From a virus: a DNA stretch of 64,000 bases. Below, in pieces: positions 1-9,352 of this stretch. Made by a program: the position numbers and the translations under genes. The notes under the pieces are model-generated. The model saw only the letters and a program-made list of their open reading frames with translations, had not been told where the DNA came from and did no database searches. The stretch's first letter is position 1. Each line of letters starts with the position of its first letter. The stretch lies in the UHGV virus genome UHGV-1384413, one strand, 5' to 3'.

Positions 1-249
1 TTTGTGGAGCGGGAAGTCGCTGTAGTCTTTCTCCAGATAGTCAGCCATCCGGCGTAACGCCTCTGATAAACTGCAATCTGTATACTCGTTACAGTATTTC
101 ATCCAGTATTTAAGCACATACCCTTCAAAGGTATTAGTGCATTGGGACAAAACACCCCTGCAACGACCAGTCAGATGATCATGATCTAAACAAGGCTTAC
201 GAAGTGGTTCGCACAAGATTGGATCAAGACCATCCTGCTCTTCTGACAA
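1..249 (-). CDS. HNH endonuclease-like protein, partial (gene continues beyond window start; start codon uncertain, possibly TTG 247-249)
   Basis: Minus-strand frame open from 363 to the window edge, absent from the ORF track; translation contains PCLDHDHLTGRCRGVLSQCTN, the same DHDHxTGxxRG..C..CN motif as the HNH ORF at 15907-16476; no in-frame ATG upstream of the motif. Confidence 0.4.
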   Translation of the reverse strand, partial: MSEEQDGLDPILCEPLRKPCLDHDHLTGRCRGVLSQCTNTFEGYVLKYWMKYCNEYTDCSLSEALRRMADYLEKDYSDFPLHK

Positions 250-326
250 TTCTTTCCGAAAGTCGGCTATGTCCTTAGAATCTTTTAGCCACCCGCTATG
301 GACGGGGGCTTTGACAGCTTTCTTTC

Positions 327-956
327 TTATTTTACGCTTTGCGATAATCCCTCCAGATGCGCCCTACCTATCCAATAAGCATCTGCGAGATCGGCCTTAC
401 CTTGTACTAAGTTGATCCCATCCAGGAACCCGGGTTCAGATACTTCGCAGGCCTTAACCATCAACTTTTTATCCATCGTAACAGGTTTCTTCACAGTATG
501 CTCTTTACCTGTCCTTTTGTCAAGCTTTTTCTTCTCCTCAAAAGCAAGTTCTTCAGGAAGATGACTACGAGCAAACTTTTTGGCAGTTGTTGGTGTCACT
601 GTGTGAACCTTAAACAGGCCGTCATTTTCACAATCTGCTAAAGCATCCCAAAGCATAACTTCAAGACCGTAAAACAACCCAGCCAGTTCACGTGTGGCAT
701 CTCCTCGCGATCCGAAGGAGAGCCCTTCCATAACCACGGTGTCAACGCCGTGCGTGTGGATATAATATCTAACCTGTTTGCAGATCCAGTCAATACGCTC
801 AGCAGCTGTTGCAAAAGAAACCGTCCCTGGTTTCTTCTCTTTTGCAGATGAGCTTTGTGTGCGTAACACAACCTTATGAACAGGCTTACCATCGTCCCAT
901 ACAACACAGGCTGTGTGGGTAAGAGACTGGTCTATAGACAGCAGTCTTTCTCTCAT
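327..956 (-). CDS. RuvC-like Holliday junction resolvase
   Basis: 209 aa; RuvC-type acidic motifs LSIDQS (Asp), VVMEG (Glu), KADLADAYWIG (Asp..Asp) in the expected order; start overlaps upstream gene stop (ATGA). Confidence 0.6.
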   Translation of the reverse strand: MRERLLSIDQSLTHTACVVWDDGKPVHKVVLRTQSSSAKEKKPGTVSFATAAERIDWICKQVRYYIHTHGVDTVVMEGLSFGSRGDATRELAGLFYGLEVMLWDALADCENDGLFKVHTVTPTTAKKFARSHLPEELAFEEKKKLDKRTGKEHTVKKPVTMDKKLMVKACEVSEPGFLDGINLVQGKADLADAYWIGRAHLEGLSQSVK

Positions 957-1279
957 GCTGTTTCCTCTTCATCTGGAGAATAAGCTTTGTCTTTGAATAG
1001 CACAAGAGAGCAAAGCTTAACGTCTGTTTCCACGCTGGTAAACATGCATAACCGCTCGCCCTCAATCAGCTCGCAATCTTCTTTTAAAACAGCAGACCAT
1101 ACACGATCATCTGCGTAATCATCAGTATACAGGATGTATGCAATAGTGTCATCTTCATACAACCGCCACATACCTGTGGCAACAATAAATGTATTTTTTG
1201 TTTTAAGGGTCCCTGTTGTATGATCATCCTCAAAAACAGCTTCCATAATTGCATTATCTACAGAATTTTTAGTCATCAA
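953..1279 (-). CDS. hypothetical protein
   Basis: 108-aa ORF translationally coupled to flanking genes; no recognisable motif. Confidence 0.4.
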   Translation of the reverse strand: MMTKNSVDNAIMEAVFEDDHTTGTLKTKNTFIVATGMWRLYEDDTIAYILYTDDYADDRVWSAVLKEDCELIEGERLCMFTSVETDVKLCSLVLFKDKAYSPDEEETA

Positions 1280-2415
1280 ATTGCTCCAACATTTCTAAGA
1301 ACGTTAACAAGTTTTGTTTGATCATTGAATGTTCGCTTCATATACAAACAGTCAAAAATTATACTCATCCACTGGCCTACGGAAATCCTACGGTCGATAC
1401 CATTGAAATCGGTATACTTAACAGCACCTTTCGGAAACCATTTTTTATACTGATCAATGATTGTTAACCACATCTCTTTCGGTGTGCTGCACTGGGACAG
1501 CAAGGAGAATGCAGATGCATCTCCAAACTTCCCTTTACCAATAAGACCTTGGTAAGGCTTAATATTGTCAGCTGAGTCACCACACAGCATTTGATAACCG
1601 AAGAACAACATTCCATACCCACCAACATCGCCGTTTGGTTTCATGAATATGTTACCCATACCGTTATCAATGAGCATAGGTGTCTCTCTTACAAAATCAC
1701 CTTTATCGTTCCTCATCGGATCGAATACAAGCCCAGGAAGTGTTCGCTGGTCCTTATCTATAGAGATAATAAACTTGTTGAACTTTCCTGTTTTCTGGTA
1801 GTGGTTCCAACCTTCAAATTGCTGGATAGCTAACCAGTCGTCAGCTTCAATACCGTTGATCACTTGAGCGTTATATTGCTTTTGGAGATACTGTCTTGCA
1901 TCTTCAAGCAACAGTGGTCGAAGAGTATTGTTACGGTTGGCTTTATATCGTTCCGGCATGGGAAGATCTAGTCTGAAATTACCAGTACCCCCAAGCACTC
2001 CTACGCACCGATCTTCAGGAATACCGAGATAGTTAAGGACTGCATTAGCTTTACACTTAATTGTGTGCAAGCAGTTCTCTACAGGATCAGGGGTTTGGAT
2101 ATCCAAGACATCGAAATCTTCTCGTGTCCACGGAATAAACTCCTTACCAGCTTTTTTACATGCAGCTTCACGGTTGGTGTTCTCAGCCTTTAACCAACCA
2201 CCAACTGCGTTCTTCTGTCTCCCCCAAAACTCTGTTCGTGTTTTAAACACCTTCTTACGTCCTGAGGCTTTATGTGTTACCTCAATTGTCCTTTTTTCAC
2301 AACTTGCTGCAGCTTGATATGCAACCTGATCGAAGTCATAATAAACTATAGCGTCAGGTTCAAGAAGATCAGCTAGACAATCTATGGACTCAATAAGCGG
2401 ATATTCTCTACTCAA
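1276..2415 (-). CDS. 5'-3' exonuclease / flap endonuclease (FEN family)
   Basis: 379 aa; motifs GIEADDWLA, SIDKD and GDSADNIKPYQGLIG match the acidic and helix-hairpin-helix signatures of phage and Pol I 5'-3' exonucleases. Confidence 0.65.
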   Translation of the reverse strand: MSREYPLIESIDCLADLLEPDAIVYYDFDQVAYQAAASCEKRTIEVTHKASGRKKVFKTRTEFWGRQKNAVGGWLKAENTNREAACKKAGKEFIPWTREDFDVLDIQTPDPVENCLHTIKCKANAVLNYLGIPEDRCVGVLGGTGNFRLDLPMPERYKANRNNTLRPLLLEDARQYLQKQYNAQVINGIEADDWLAIQQFEGWNHYQKTGKFNKFIISIDKDQRTLPGLVFDPMRNDKGDFVRETPMLIDNGMGNIFMKPNGDVGGYGMLFFGYQMLCGDSADNIKPYQGLIGKGKFGDASAFSLLSQCSTPKEMWLTIIDQYKKWFPKGAVKYTDFNGIDRRISVGQWMSIIFDCLYMKRTFNDQTKLVNVLRNVGAI

Positions 2416-2716
2416 AGACCCTCCTGTTAGTTATTCTGCAAGATGGTTGGATGCTGTAATGGAATGCATCATCACTCTCTGCAATAAGCGACTCAACATC
2501 CCAATATTTTTCAAAAAGGAACGGATTAGACCCCCAGTGGTGGGTTATTTTCATCAAGGAGTCTGGTATCAGATAGCCACAGATCTTAATTACATCGCCA
2601 GGTTGAATGGTGTTTTCATGAAGGTTGCTTGCCTTCTTCAGGATCATACCTTTATGATTCTCGTTTGCATACAACTGGACAATATCTTTATCTTCAACAA
2701 TAAAAATTTTAAGCAT
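2408..2716 (-). CDS. hypothetical protein
   Basis: 102-aa ORF in the co-directional early block. Confidence 0.35.
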   Translation of the reverse strand: MLKIFIVEDKDIVQLYANENHKGMILKKASNLHENTIQPGDVIKICGYLIPDSLMKITHHWGSNPFLFEKYWDVESLIAESDDAFHYSIQPSCRITNRRVFE

Positions 2717-2775
2717 GTCTAGTTCTCCTAGTTTATAAATATCTGACTGATAATATCAGATTAATAGCACTTTTG

Positions 2776-3069
2776 TCAAGACTTTTTAGTCTTTCTTGGA
2801 GAGCCTTTTGTTGATCTTTTCCTTTTGTGGTAGATTCCAAGTGCGGCGTTTTCTTGGGCGCACGTTTTAACAGTTCTCAGACAAGAACTTTCAGCTTTAG
2901 GTAGGTTTAACTCCCACCAACCAAGCCAGTAAAGTTCTGATTCAGACAACTGCTCAGATTCAGCCTTTCGATACAGTGCTTGCATACCTCTGATAATGTC
3001 GTCCAGAGGCGTATCAAATACAAAAGCTGTCTTATCGAATTTCTCTTTTACAGGTTTCTTAGCCATCAA
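2776..3069 (-). CDS. hypothetical protein
   Basis: 97-aa ORF with lysine-rich C-terminus. Confidence 0.35.
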   Translation of the reverse strand: MMAKKPVKEKFDKTAFVFDTPLDDIIRGMQALYRKAESEQLSESELYWLGWWELNLPKAESSCLRTVKTCAQENAALGIYHKRKRSTKGSPRKTKKS

Positions 3070-3562
3070 GGTAACCCTCTATCCACGAAAAGTCAGTCTT
3101 CCATTCTGGAACTTTACTAAGCTCACGCCACTCTGCAAAGCAGTCTCGGTAATACGCCTCTGCCATACCCTTGGTGATCTTATTCACCTTAGCCAACTGA
3201 TTAACTGCCTGAGCATACTTTCCACGGATATTTGCTAACCCAGGATGCACCGATGTGTGACAATCTGGGCACAACGCTATCAGTCCGACAAGCCGGATCA
3301 CTCCCTCTTCGAAAGTGTAAAGTTCATGACACTCCACCGGATGTTTGCTGCCTTTACCACCACACACCTCACAAGTGTAGTTGGCTTCTCTGTAACACTT
3401 CTTACGGATCTTATCCCACTCACTCTTCTTCACAGCGTTTCTGAGGTTATTATACCAAGCTGTCTCCGGGATCAGTTGCACAATAAGCCTGCGTTCAGAC
3501 TTCATTAAACGTCCGTCTTCCATCAGCCCTCCAATTTGACCATACAATGACCATCTTTCCAC
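3059..3562 (-). CDS. zinc-finger protein, possibly HNH-like nuclease
   Basis: 167 aa; CEVCGG..HPVECHE..CPDCH Cys/His cluster; the HNH assignment is weak. Confidence 0.3.
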   Translation of the reverse strand: MERWSLYGQIGGLMEDGRLMKSERRLIVQLIPETAWYNNLRNAVKKSEWDKIRKKCYREANYTCEVCGGKGSKHPVECHELYTFEEGVIRLVGLIALCPDCHTSVHPGLANIRGKYAQAVNQLAKVNKITKGMAEAYYRDCFAEWRELSKVPEWKTDFSWIEGYLDG

Positions 3563-3741
3563 TTAGAAATCGATCTTTCGCCATTAGAGTAATAAACTTC
3601 AAGCTTAGCACGGTCATTCTTGATCTGTATGACCTTCGCTGTTTCTAGGGAACCATAACCGTAGTATACTGCAACAGTATCTCCCACATACACTACACTC
3701 CCGCGATAATCGTGAATATAATCAGTGCCTTCTAAAGCCAT
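3523..3741 (-). CDS. hypothetical protein
   Basis: 72-aa ORF. Confidence 0.3.
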   Translation of the reverse strand: MALEGTDYIHDYRGSVVYVGDTVAVYYGYGSLETAKVIQIKNDRAKLEVYYSNGERSISKWKDGHCMVKLEG

Positions 3742-3751
3742 ATTACCACCC

Positions 3752-3958
3752 TTATTCGAAGAAGTGAGTCCGAGGACAAGATCCAGCCTCGCCTTGTTTC
3801 ACAAGCTCGTAGAGCTCACCTTGGCTTGTTTCATAAAGGCAAATACGTTTACCATTGTCCCGATATACATCTACAAGATACGCTGTTTCACCTGCAAACA
3901 CGACACCACAGGCAAGGCATGCTGCCATGAACAAAATTGCCAACAGAAAATCTTTCAT
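3752..3958 (-). CDS. small membrane or secreted protein (holin candidate, speculative)
   Basis: 68 aa; N-terminal hydrophobic segment FLLAILFMAACLACGVVFAG; lies immediately downstream of the endolysin on the same strand. Confidence 0.35.
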   Translation of the reverse strand: MKDFLLAILFMAACLACGVVFAGETAYLVDVYRDNGKRICLYETSQGELYELVKQGEAGSCPRTHFFE

Positions 3959-4021
3959 GGTTAAACTCTCCTTAACATTTTACTGGGTAACAATACCACA
4001 TCCATGTGGTCATGTCAATGA

Positions 4022-4492
4022 TTAATCTAGAACAACACCGCCTGACTTTTTAAACACCTCGATCAACTTTTCGATCTTCTGTTCGTGCTGACCATACCCT
4101 GCACCGGGGAGGCTTGCCCATCGGGATCTGCAAAGATGGATGGCCTGATGAATACGACCTTCATCAATATCATCGAGCGCCTTGCACTCACGGATCAATT
4201 GTAGTGCGATCTTATCCTGACTGGCAGGGCCAAAATCTGGTAATCCTAACTGTTTCATATAGTGTTTAGCAAACTTCTCCAAAACTTGGTAGCGCCCCGC
4301 AGCAGAGGAGGTAAGTTTAGCATTTAGCTTAACGTACACACCTGGATGCTTACTGTAATCGCTAAACAGCTTGCCACCGACTATGACATCATAGCCCCGA
4401 TCCTTGGTAGGTTGTCTACCATTATCTGTACCTTCTGAATATGCGATCATGTCCAAGAAAGCTTTTCGTTGAACATTTTTATCAAGTCTCAT
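4022..4492 (-). CDS. endolysin, lambda R-like lytic transglycosylase
   Basis: 156 aa; N-terminal NVQRKAFLDMIAYSEGTDNGRQ and C-terminal WASLPGAGYGQHEQ closely resemble phage lambda R as recalled from memory. Confidence 0.8.
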   Translation of the reverse strand: MRLDKNVQRKAFLDMIAYSEGTDNGRQPTKDRGYDVIVGGKLFSDYSKHPGVYVKLNAKLTSSAAGRYQVLEKFAKHYMKQLGLPDFGPASQDKIALQLIRECKALDDIDEGRIHQAIHLCRSRWASLPGAGYGQHEQKIEKLIEVFKKSGGVVLD

Positions 4493-4616
4493 TTTTCATA
4501 CTCTCCAATTTACTCATAACTAACCCGATCAACAACACTGCATAATGTGGTTATGTAGGTGCCAATTGAAAAACCATCATTCAATTGGCTACCGTTACCT
4601 ACTAAACCTTCCTACA

Positions 4617-5900
4617 TCATTCCAGAACCTCCCAAGTGTCAGGGTTAACATTTCGGACGCAGATGCCGACAGGGAATTGGTAGTTGTTGTCTTCTGTCCT
4701 TGCTTGATATTTGAAGGTGACAAACTTGCCGATCATTTCCTGCATCCTGTCATAGCTACGCTCCTCGTGCGTGCCTTTCATCTTCATTTTAACAACGATA
4801 CCTTCCTTGTCAACGCAGATAAGAACACCTTCATCATTCTTATCTTTCTCAACGTCAATAACTTTCACCTCAGCATCGTTGAACTTTTTCCATTTCAATG
4901 CTTCAGATGTTCGCTGACCATATTCATATTTACCGCAGAAGTTACGCATGATAGTACCTTCATATCCTTCGGACATGAATACACCAACAGATTCTTCGCA
5001 ATGATCAACTGTGTACGCAAGCTCTGCGTCAACAACCTTGATATGGTCAAGCATCAGGGTGGTAATGGTATCTTCTGCATCCATAAGATCCTTGCATCGT
5101 CCAGATTCTGTTTCTGGATCCCACCATACCTTGTCACTAGGGATGTCGAAAATATGATACTCTAAGTCATAGCTACAGTACCCTCCGTAACGCAAATCAT
5201 CACGAATAGGCTCAACATCAACAGGAATATCTACCTTATTGAAGTTTTTGTATGTTGATAAGCCTGCCTTAATTGCGGCATGACGGCGTTTTTTATCTGC
5301 CTCGTAGTCTTTATCGATCTCGGCCTGAATCTCTTCCTGTGTGCGCCACCGTTTAGCAAGAGACACTATTTTCTGCAGAGGCAGACCATGAATATAGATC
5401 TCTCCGTCGAGCTGTTTAATCCCGGTGGTGAAGTGGAAAGAACGAAGTTGCTCCAGAAGCTTTCCTTGAATAGGGTAGGACTTATTACCACGGGAAATAA
5501 ATTTAGGCTCACCGTTTTGGAAAACAACCAGTAGACGAAGGCCATCTAATTTACGCAAAATCCAGCAAGGTAATTTAAGTGCCTTTCCACGCTTCAGGTA
5601 GTCATGCACCAACATGGGTAAAAGGTCAACACCCTGCTCGCAATCTTCCATATTTTCAACATATCCCAGACGGACTTGTTTTTCCCACTTACTGATCGCT
5701 TCCAGCTCAGCCTGTTGCTCAGCTGTAGTTTCATTGGCACGACCCACGTTCTTAGGTGTGCAGATCGTCTCTTTGTATTGCAGTTTACCATCAAGCTTGC
5801 CAAACTCTACAATAACCTTATCACCATCCGTGAATACTTTCCACTGCTGGTAGCTGCCATCTTTGTTCAGTGCGTACAGTGTTGTTTTGATCTGATGCAT
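4617..5900 (-). CDS. ATP-dependent DNA ligase
   Basis: 427 aa; adenylation motif I KLDG within ILRKLDGLRLLVVF; length and layout fit T7-type phage ligases. Confidence 0.75.
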   Translation of the reverse strand: MHQIKTTLYALNKDGSYQQWKVFTDGDKVIVEFGKLDGKLQYKETICTPKNVGRANETTAEQQAELEAISKWEKQVRLGYVENMEDCEQGVDLLPMLVHDYLKRGKALKLPCWILRKLDGLRLLVVFQNGEPKFISRGNKSYPIQGKLLEQLRSFHFTTGIKQLDGEIYIHGLPLQKIVSLAKRWRTQEEIQAEIDKDYEADKKRRHAAIKAGLSTYKNFNKVDIPVDVEPIRDDLRYGGYCSYDLEYHIFDIPSDKVWWDPETESGRCKDLMDAEDTITTLMLDHIKVVDAELAYTVDHCEESVGVFMSEGYEGTIMRNFCGKYEYGQRTSEALKWKKFNDAEVKVIDVEKDKNDEGVLICVDKEGIVVKMKMKGTHEERSYDRMQEMIGKFVTFKYQARTEDNNYQFPVGICVRNVNPDTWEVLE

Positions 5901-6169
5901 TACTCAGCCTCTTCCTTAAAAATTTTAAACATCTCTTCTTTGCTCATTACCAACCAGTCTCCCATAAAGTCAACTAACCAATCCCCTTGGTACAAGACCA
6001 GGTTACCAAACGGCTCGACAAGCTCACACATGCGAAGAATATCTCTGGTCCGAACAGGTGACGGTGTAAACACACCTGTATCAATCCACCGTTGTAGATC
6101 AGATACTGATGAAGAGCTTCCGTCAAACTGGTGTGCTTCTACAGGTTTAGCAAGATTAAATAACGGCAT
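5900..6169 (-). CDS. hypothetical protein
   Basis: 89-aa ORF whose start overlaps the ligase stop. Confidence 0.35.
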   Translation of the reverse strand: MPLFNLAKPVEAHQFDGSSSSVSDLQRWIDTGVFTPSPVRTRDILRMCELVEPFGNLVLYQGDWLVDFMGDWLVMSKEEMFKIFKEEAE

Positions 6170-6464
6170 TGCAGTCCTCCTTCTCTAATAAGTCTTTTAT
6201 CGGGTAAACAAGCAGGTGCGGATCGTAATAATTTATAGTTTTATTCTGCCACACTATGAACTTAATTACAACTAAATTTACCACATCTTTATCTCCATGC
6301 AGTCCAACACACAGATTTGTCCATATTTTGTGGTTGAATACTTTGCTGTCGATGTAGATCTTAGTGTCAAACTTATCCTCTATCCTACCTATAAGTTTAA
6401 CCAATTCTTTCATCTGATCCCCAAACACAGCATCGTTTTCAAGATCTCTGGAGTGCTTGTACAT
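6156..6464 (-). CDS. hypothetical protein
   Basis: 102-aa ORF. Confidence 0.35.
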   Translation of the reverse strand: MYKHSRDLENDAVFGDQMKELVKLIGRIEDKFDTKIYIDSKVFNHKIWTNLCVGLHGDKDVVNLVVIKFIVWQNKTINYYDPHLLVYPIKDLLEKEDCNAVI

Positions 6465-6505
6465 AACTTTCTACCTCACTTGCATACTTTCCTAAACAAG
6501 TAAAG

Positions 6506-6526
6506 CCGGGATCGCCCCGGCTATGT
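6506..6526 (-). terminator. GC-rich hairpin between minus-strand genes (possible terminator or attenuator)
   Basis: gccggg..atcgcc..ccggc inverted repeat between the MazG-like gene and the next gene; weak T-tract. Confidence 0.3.
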
Positions 6527-6528
6527 TA

Positions 6529-7242
6529 TTAAATATATTCTGTTACATCCTTGAAGCTTGAAGGCTTCATAATCTTACCTTTACTGTCGAGGAATATGAT
6601 AACTTTATTTCCGTTGTAGAATTCTTCTTTAGCAACAAAACCTTCATAGCGACCATCAAAGCGTCGCTCAAGATCTTTAATCTCCAACTCGATAAGTTGT
6701 TCAGCAGGCATATCTGCACTGGCACCGTGTGAATACCGCAGATGGTTGACGCGTGCAAACTTGCTGTCATTAGATTTTAGAACCTTCCGCATCATCCCGC
6801 ACACATCACCGCGAAGCTGGAACAGCAAAGCTGTTGACAACTCTGCTAAGCGGTAAGCAGACGCTCTTTGCTTAGAGGTATTTTTCGCAGCGATCAGTGT
6901 ATCATAAAATTCACCGATCTTAAACTTAAGACCTCGCGGATTATCAAACAGGTTTGACCACTTTTCATGGTTATCGTTAACAAGATAAGCGGCATAACTT
7001 GTGACAACGTGAAGATCGCAGGCCTCTTTTAGGAGATGATCCCCACCATCACCTTTCTCCAACTCTTCCAAAACTTCATTGAACTCTTCCTCAATGAAAC
7101 TCAGCTGAAGTTCGAATGGTGTGTATGATTTTTTCACTTTAGCTGCTACACGGTTCCAATTTTCCACCCAGTTGGCAGACCAAAGGTAGTTTTCAGGCTG
7201 AGACAGTTTTTCCAAGTTGTCAATCAGTTTAGTATTCAGCAT
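6529..7242 (-). CDS. MazG-like nucleotide pyrophosphohydrolase domain protein
   Basis: 237 aa; EEEFNEVLEELEKGDGGDHLLKEACDL matches the MazG/HisE EExxE..D metal-binding helix pattern. Confidence 0.5.
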   Translation of the reverse strand: MLNTKLIDNLEKLSQPENYLWSANWVENWNRVAAKVKKSYTPFELQLSFIEEEFNEVLEELEKGDGGDHLLKEACDLHVVTSYAAYLVNDNHEKWSNLFDNPRGLKFKIGEFYDTLIAAKNTSKQRASAYRLAELSTALLFQLRGDVCGMMRKVLKSNDSKFARVNHLRYSHGASADMPAEQLIELEIKDLERRFDGRYEGFVAKEEFYNGNKVIIFLDSKGKIMKPSSFKDVTEYI

Positions 7243-7256
7243 TAAAAGGCCTCCGC

Positions 7257-8018
7257 TTACAGTTCCATAAAGTTTTCTACGATGTCAATGAATGTTTTAT
7301 CAGAGAAAGCGTCAACAGCCCCGTTAAACCAAACTGGGATGCCGCGATCCTCATACTGGTAAATGTCACTACGTGAAATGCCATTCTCCCCTAAATGCTG
7401 TGAGTCGTATTTGTTAACGATCAGCAGTTTGGTCCCCTTATTACAGGCAGGGAATAGCTCCCAGTTAAAATTGATAACTGTGTTGGAGCACCCTATAAGG
7501 ATAACCATATCATTGCTCGTCAGAGAAGTCAACAGGTCATACATGTCTGTATACTTTGGAGCTACTTCTCCGAAGAACACGACATTAGGCTTAACCCAAG
7601 TATACTTGCTTGCATCTACCTCAGAGTATCCAATGTCTTTAATGACGTTACTCCCTTCATCATCCTCGTAGACTATTTCTGGCAAATATCCGTGGACATG
7701 TAAAATATCTTCATGTTTTACACCAGCACGCTCCAGCAAATCATCTACATTGGTTGTCAGGTTGATCACGCGACCAGACCAGCGGGAATACCATTCAGCG
7801 ATCCGGAGATGTGCAAGGTTAGGATCAACACTGCCCAGAGCTACACGCCGTGCATTGTAAAAGTCATGAACCTTATAGTAGTTCTTGGCAAAGGTGTGGA
7901 TGTTACACACCTCATCGATGCTGAAATTCTCCCACATTGCAGTGCCACCAGATCGGAAAGTTGGGATACCAGATTCAGCGCTCAAACCAGCACCGGAGAT
8001 AATGATCAGTCGTCGCAT
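7257..8018 (-). CDS. Sir2-family (sirtuin-like) NAD-binding protein
   Basis: 253 aa; GAGLSAESGIPTFR, TTNVDDL, VHGY, KPNVVFFGE, IGCSNTV and LLIVNK match sirtuin motifs in order; no CxxC zinc-ribbon insert. Confidence 0.6.
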   Translation of the reverse strand: MRRLIIISGAGLSAESGIPTFRSGGTAMWENFSIDEVCNIHTFAKNYYKVHDFYNARRVALGSVDPNLAHLRIAEWYSRWSGRVINLTTNVDDLLERAGVKHEDILHVHGYLPEIVYEDDEGSNVIKDIGYSEVDASKYTWVKPNVVFFGEVAPKYTDMYDLLTSLTSNDMVILIGCSNTVINFNWELFPACNKGTKLLIVNKYDSQHLGENGISRSDIYQYEDRGIPVWFNGAVDAFSDKTFIDIVENFMEL

Positions 8019-8026
8019 AAGTGTCC

Positions 8027-8377
8027 TCAGTAGATGTTTTGTTTAATCTCTATTCCAAACTTTTTAAACGAGTCAGCAGCAAGCATGAATTTACGAGCAG
8101 CTGATGGGTTAGAAGTATGCACGAAAATCTTCACGTTGTCAACTACAGGAGGCTTACCAAATATAAATTTTTCCTCCAGCATAGATAGGCAATCGTACCC
8201 TTCAAATACCTCTCCAAGGTCGTTGTCCATGTGCCACTCAGAAACGCGCCTGTAGAGCTTTCCCTTATCGTTAATAAAATCCATAAACTCAGAGGAATTC
8301 TTTAGCCAAAGAGCATCTGGGAGCCCATAATTTGACGGATCTCTCAAGTCATCCAGCCACACAATCAACTTCTTCAT
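8027..8377 (-). CDS. hypothetical alpha/beta protein, receiver-domain-like pattern (speculative)
   Basis: 116 aa; MKKLIVWLDDLRD..HTSNP..K pattern; translationally coupled (ATGA overlap) to the RNA ligase gene upstream. Confidence 0.35.
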   Translation of the reverse strand: MKKLIVWLDDLRDPSNYGLPDALWLKNSSEFMDFINDKGKLYRRVSEWHMDNDLGEVFEGYDCLSMLEEKFIFGKPPVVDNVKIFVHTSNPSAARKFMLAADSFKKFGIEIKQNIY

Positions 8378-9288
8378 TGCATATAGTCCTCGTTGTGGAA
8401 ATAGTAGTCAAGTATCTCACGACGTTCTTGCTCCAGGAGGCAGTTCCACACATCTTCTGTGTAATTGCTACGAATGAAGTTTACCATGCCATAAAACTCT
8501 TCGTCAACACGTTTAAAGATATCATCATCCCAAATCTTCCAAGCTTTACCCCTCATTACGGCCTTCCGTGCCAAATAGTATGGAGACTTGATCTTCAGCT
8601 GCAAATCATAAGGGTAGTAAGGCTTACGAATCATATACCCTTCACCTCTTGTTTCTGCAGCTAATTCTTTTGCATAGCTGAACGGAATTTCACGCACAGT
8701 GTGAGGACGTTTTGCACCAAGGTATTTGGCAATCCCATCTAAAGCTGCTTCTGGTAGCATTATTCCAGAATCATTATATCTGCAACCTATCAAATATGCG
8801 CCATGATCTTCCTGAACAATATGCGGATCTGAAGGGTGGCAAATTTCAAACATGAATGTCATGTTTTCATGGCCCATAACCCTCTTGATAAGATCTAAAT
8901 TACCACATTGCTCCTGGATTGTTTCTTTTGCGAGGTTACAATATGGAGAATCAAGAGACCCGGTTGTTGAGAACAATAGTTCACCTTTATGAGATGATAC
9001 CACACCAAGGAATCCGTTCTTTTTCTCTACCGCCGTCACAAGTTTATTGTCAGGCAGGTTGGTGGAATTTTCTCCCAAGTTAAACACTTTTGTGAAGGGC
9101 CATGCCACAACATTTCCTTCATTACCGACAACAATGCCTCGGCACTCCAGCAAACGAGGAGACAAATGCCATAAATTGTTGTAGAATACTTTTCTGGCAT
9201 ATTTATAGATCTTTAACCCAAGATCCGGGTAATATCTGCTGGTTACAAGACCTTTGTCAACTAGGTCGTCTGCATTAAAATACTTCAT
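8374..9288 (-). CDS. ATP-dependent RNA ligase-like nucleotidyltransferase (Rnl2-like)
   Basis: 304 aa; motif I EKKNG (Kx[DN]G), motif IV-like EGYMIRKP and motif V-like LKIKSP, as in T4 Rnl2-type ligases recalled from memory. Confidence 0.6.
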   Translation of the reverse strand: MKYFNADDLVDKGLVTSRYYPDLGLKIYKYARKVFYNNLWHLSPRLLECRGIVVGNEGNVVAWPFTKVFNLGENSTNLPDNKLVTAVEKKNGFLGVVSSHKGELLFSTTGSLDSPYCNLAKETIQEQCGNLDLIKRVMGHENMTFMFEICHPSDPHIVQEDHGAYLIGCRYNDSGIMLPEAALDGIAKYLGAKRPHTVREIPFSYAKELAAETRGEGYMIRKPYYPYDLQLKIKSPYYLARKAVMRGKAWKIWDDDIFKRVDEEFYGMVNFIRSNYTEDVWNCLLEQERREILDYYFHNEDYMQ

Positions 9289-9352
9289 TATACATTCCTC
9301 ATTTGTTATTTTGTCCCTTTATCCTGCCACACAAATAACTTGGTGTCAACAC

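Noticed and set aside
4545-5165. Plus-strand ORF (206 aa) inside the DNA ligase gene
   Set aside because: It is antisense to a well-supported ligase ORF, has no RBS and no motif; the same reasoning applies to other antisense track ORFs nested in large genes, such as 25466-26290, 35923-36450 and 58111-58704
7257-8018. Sir2 gene as part of a host-type defence system (Thoeris or DSR-like)
   Set aside because: No TIR, HerA or other partner domain is present, the protein is sirtuin-sized and lies in a phage early operon; a phage-encoded function is more plausible
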